Source: Xylographa opegraphella
Lineage: Eukaryota
Length of the DNA stretch: 64,000 bases
NCBI GenBank assembly: GCA_022813865.1
Contig: JALDZX010000004.1
Coordinates: 1 to 64,000 of the forward strand
Reading direction: 5' to 3'
A program made the position numbers and the translations under genes. Numbering within the stretch: the stretch's first letter is position 1; each line of letters begins with the position of its first letter. Of the stretch, positions 63,613 through 64,000 are shown one piece after another. The notes under the pieces were generated by a model. The model was not told where the DNA came from and searched no databases. It saw nothing but the letters and a program-made list of their open reading frames with translations.

Positions 63613-64000
63613 ATGGGTCGCCAATTCTTCGTCGGCGGGAACTTCAAGATGTCCGCTTGGTTTAATTCTCCATTTGTTGTTTCATAGCTGAATGACTACT
63701 CAGGAATGGGACCATAAAGTCTATCACCAGCATAATAGAGAATCTCAACAACGCGAAGCTGGACGAGAAGACTGGTGCGTCTTTCTTGGCCATGCATCCT
63801 CATTTTGCCTTACACTACGGCATACCCATAATGGGATACTGTTTACAATTCCCGTTTCTCCCGTACGCGGCAGCTAGCACGCCCGCTGATGTAGGGAAAT
63901 CCAGAGGTCGTCATTGCACCCCCAGCCCTGTACCTCCTGCTCGCGCGTGAGCACCTCCGCGAAGGTATCGAGGTCGCTGCCCAGAATATTTTCGACAAGC
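63613..64000 (+). CDS. TPI1: Triosephosphate isomerase, 5' part (runs off window)
   Basis: MGRQFFVGGNFKM|NGTIKSITSIIENLNNAKLDEKT|EVVIAPPALYLLLAREHLREGIEVAAQNIFDK; two introns. Confidence 0.96.

Overview
Eukaryotic, intron-rich DNA from a filamentous ascomycete (Pezizomycotina), based on short GT-AG introns with CTAAC/CTGAC branch points and fungal protein families. About 21 protein genes are recognisable: a HET-NB-ARC-TPR NLR with a 5' frameshift, a UPF0187/bestrophin channel, MAS2 and TOM22 head to head, a HOY1/Phx1-type homeobox factor, two tandem G1 glutamic peptidases, GEP4, SmD3, IRC6/p34, DMA1, MDM10, a SAM methyltransferase, a DUF4449-type protein, a DUF4211 protein, a hexose transporter, a laccase, a divergent pyruvate decarboxylase, acetoacetyl-CoA synthetase, LCB2, an orphan Pro/Arg-rich protein and the start of TPI. 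There is also an intron-containing tRNA-Tyr(GTA). Signals not shown by the ORF track: a decayed cytochrome P450 relic at about 27.3-28.0 kb, a 1-nt frameshift that cuts off the NLR start, a probable GC-AG intron, and repeated GC-rich islands that switch from C-rich to G-rich regardless of gene orientation. I found no convincing wholly new multi-gene system; most genes are ordinary housekeeping loci. All family assignments come from motif recognition by eye, not database searches.
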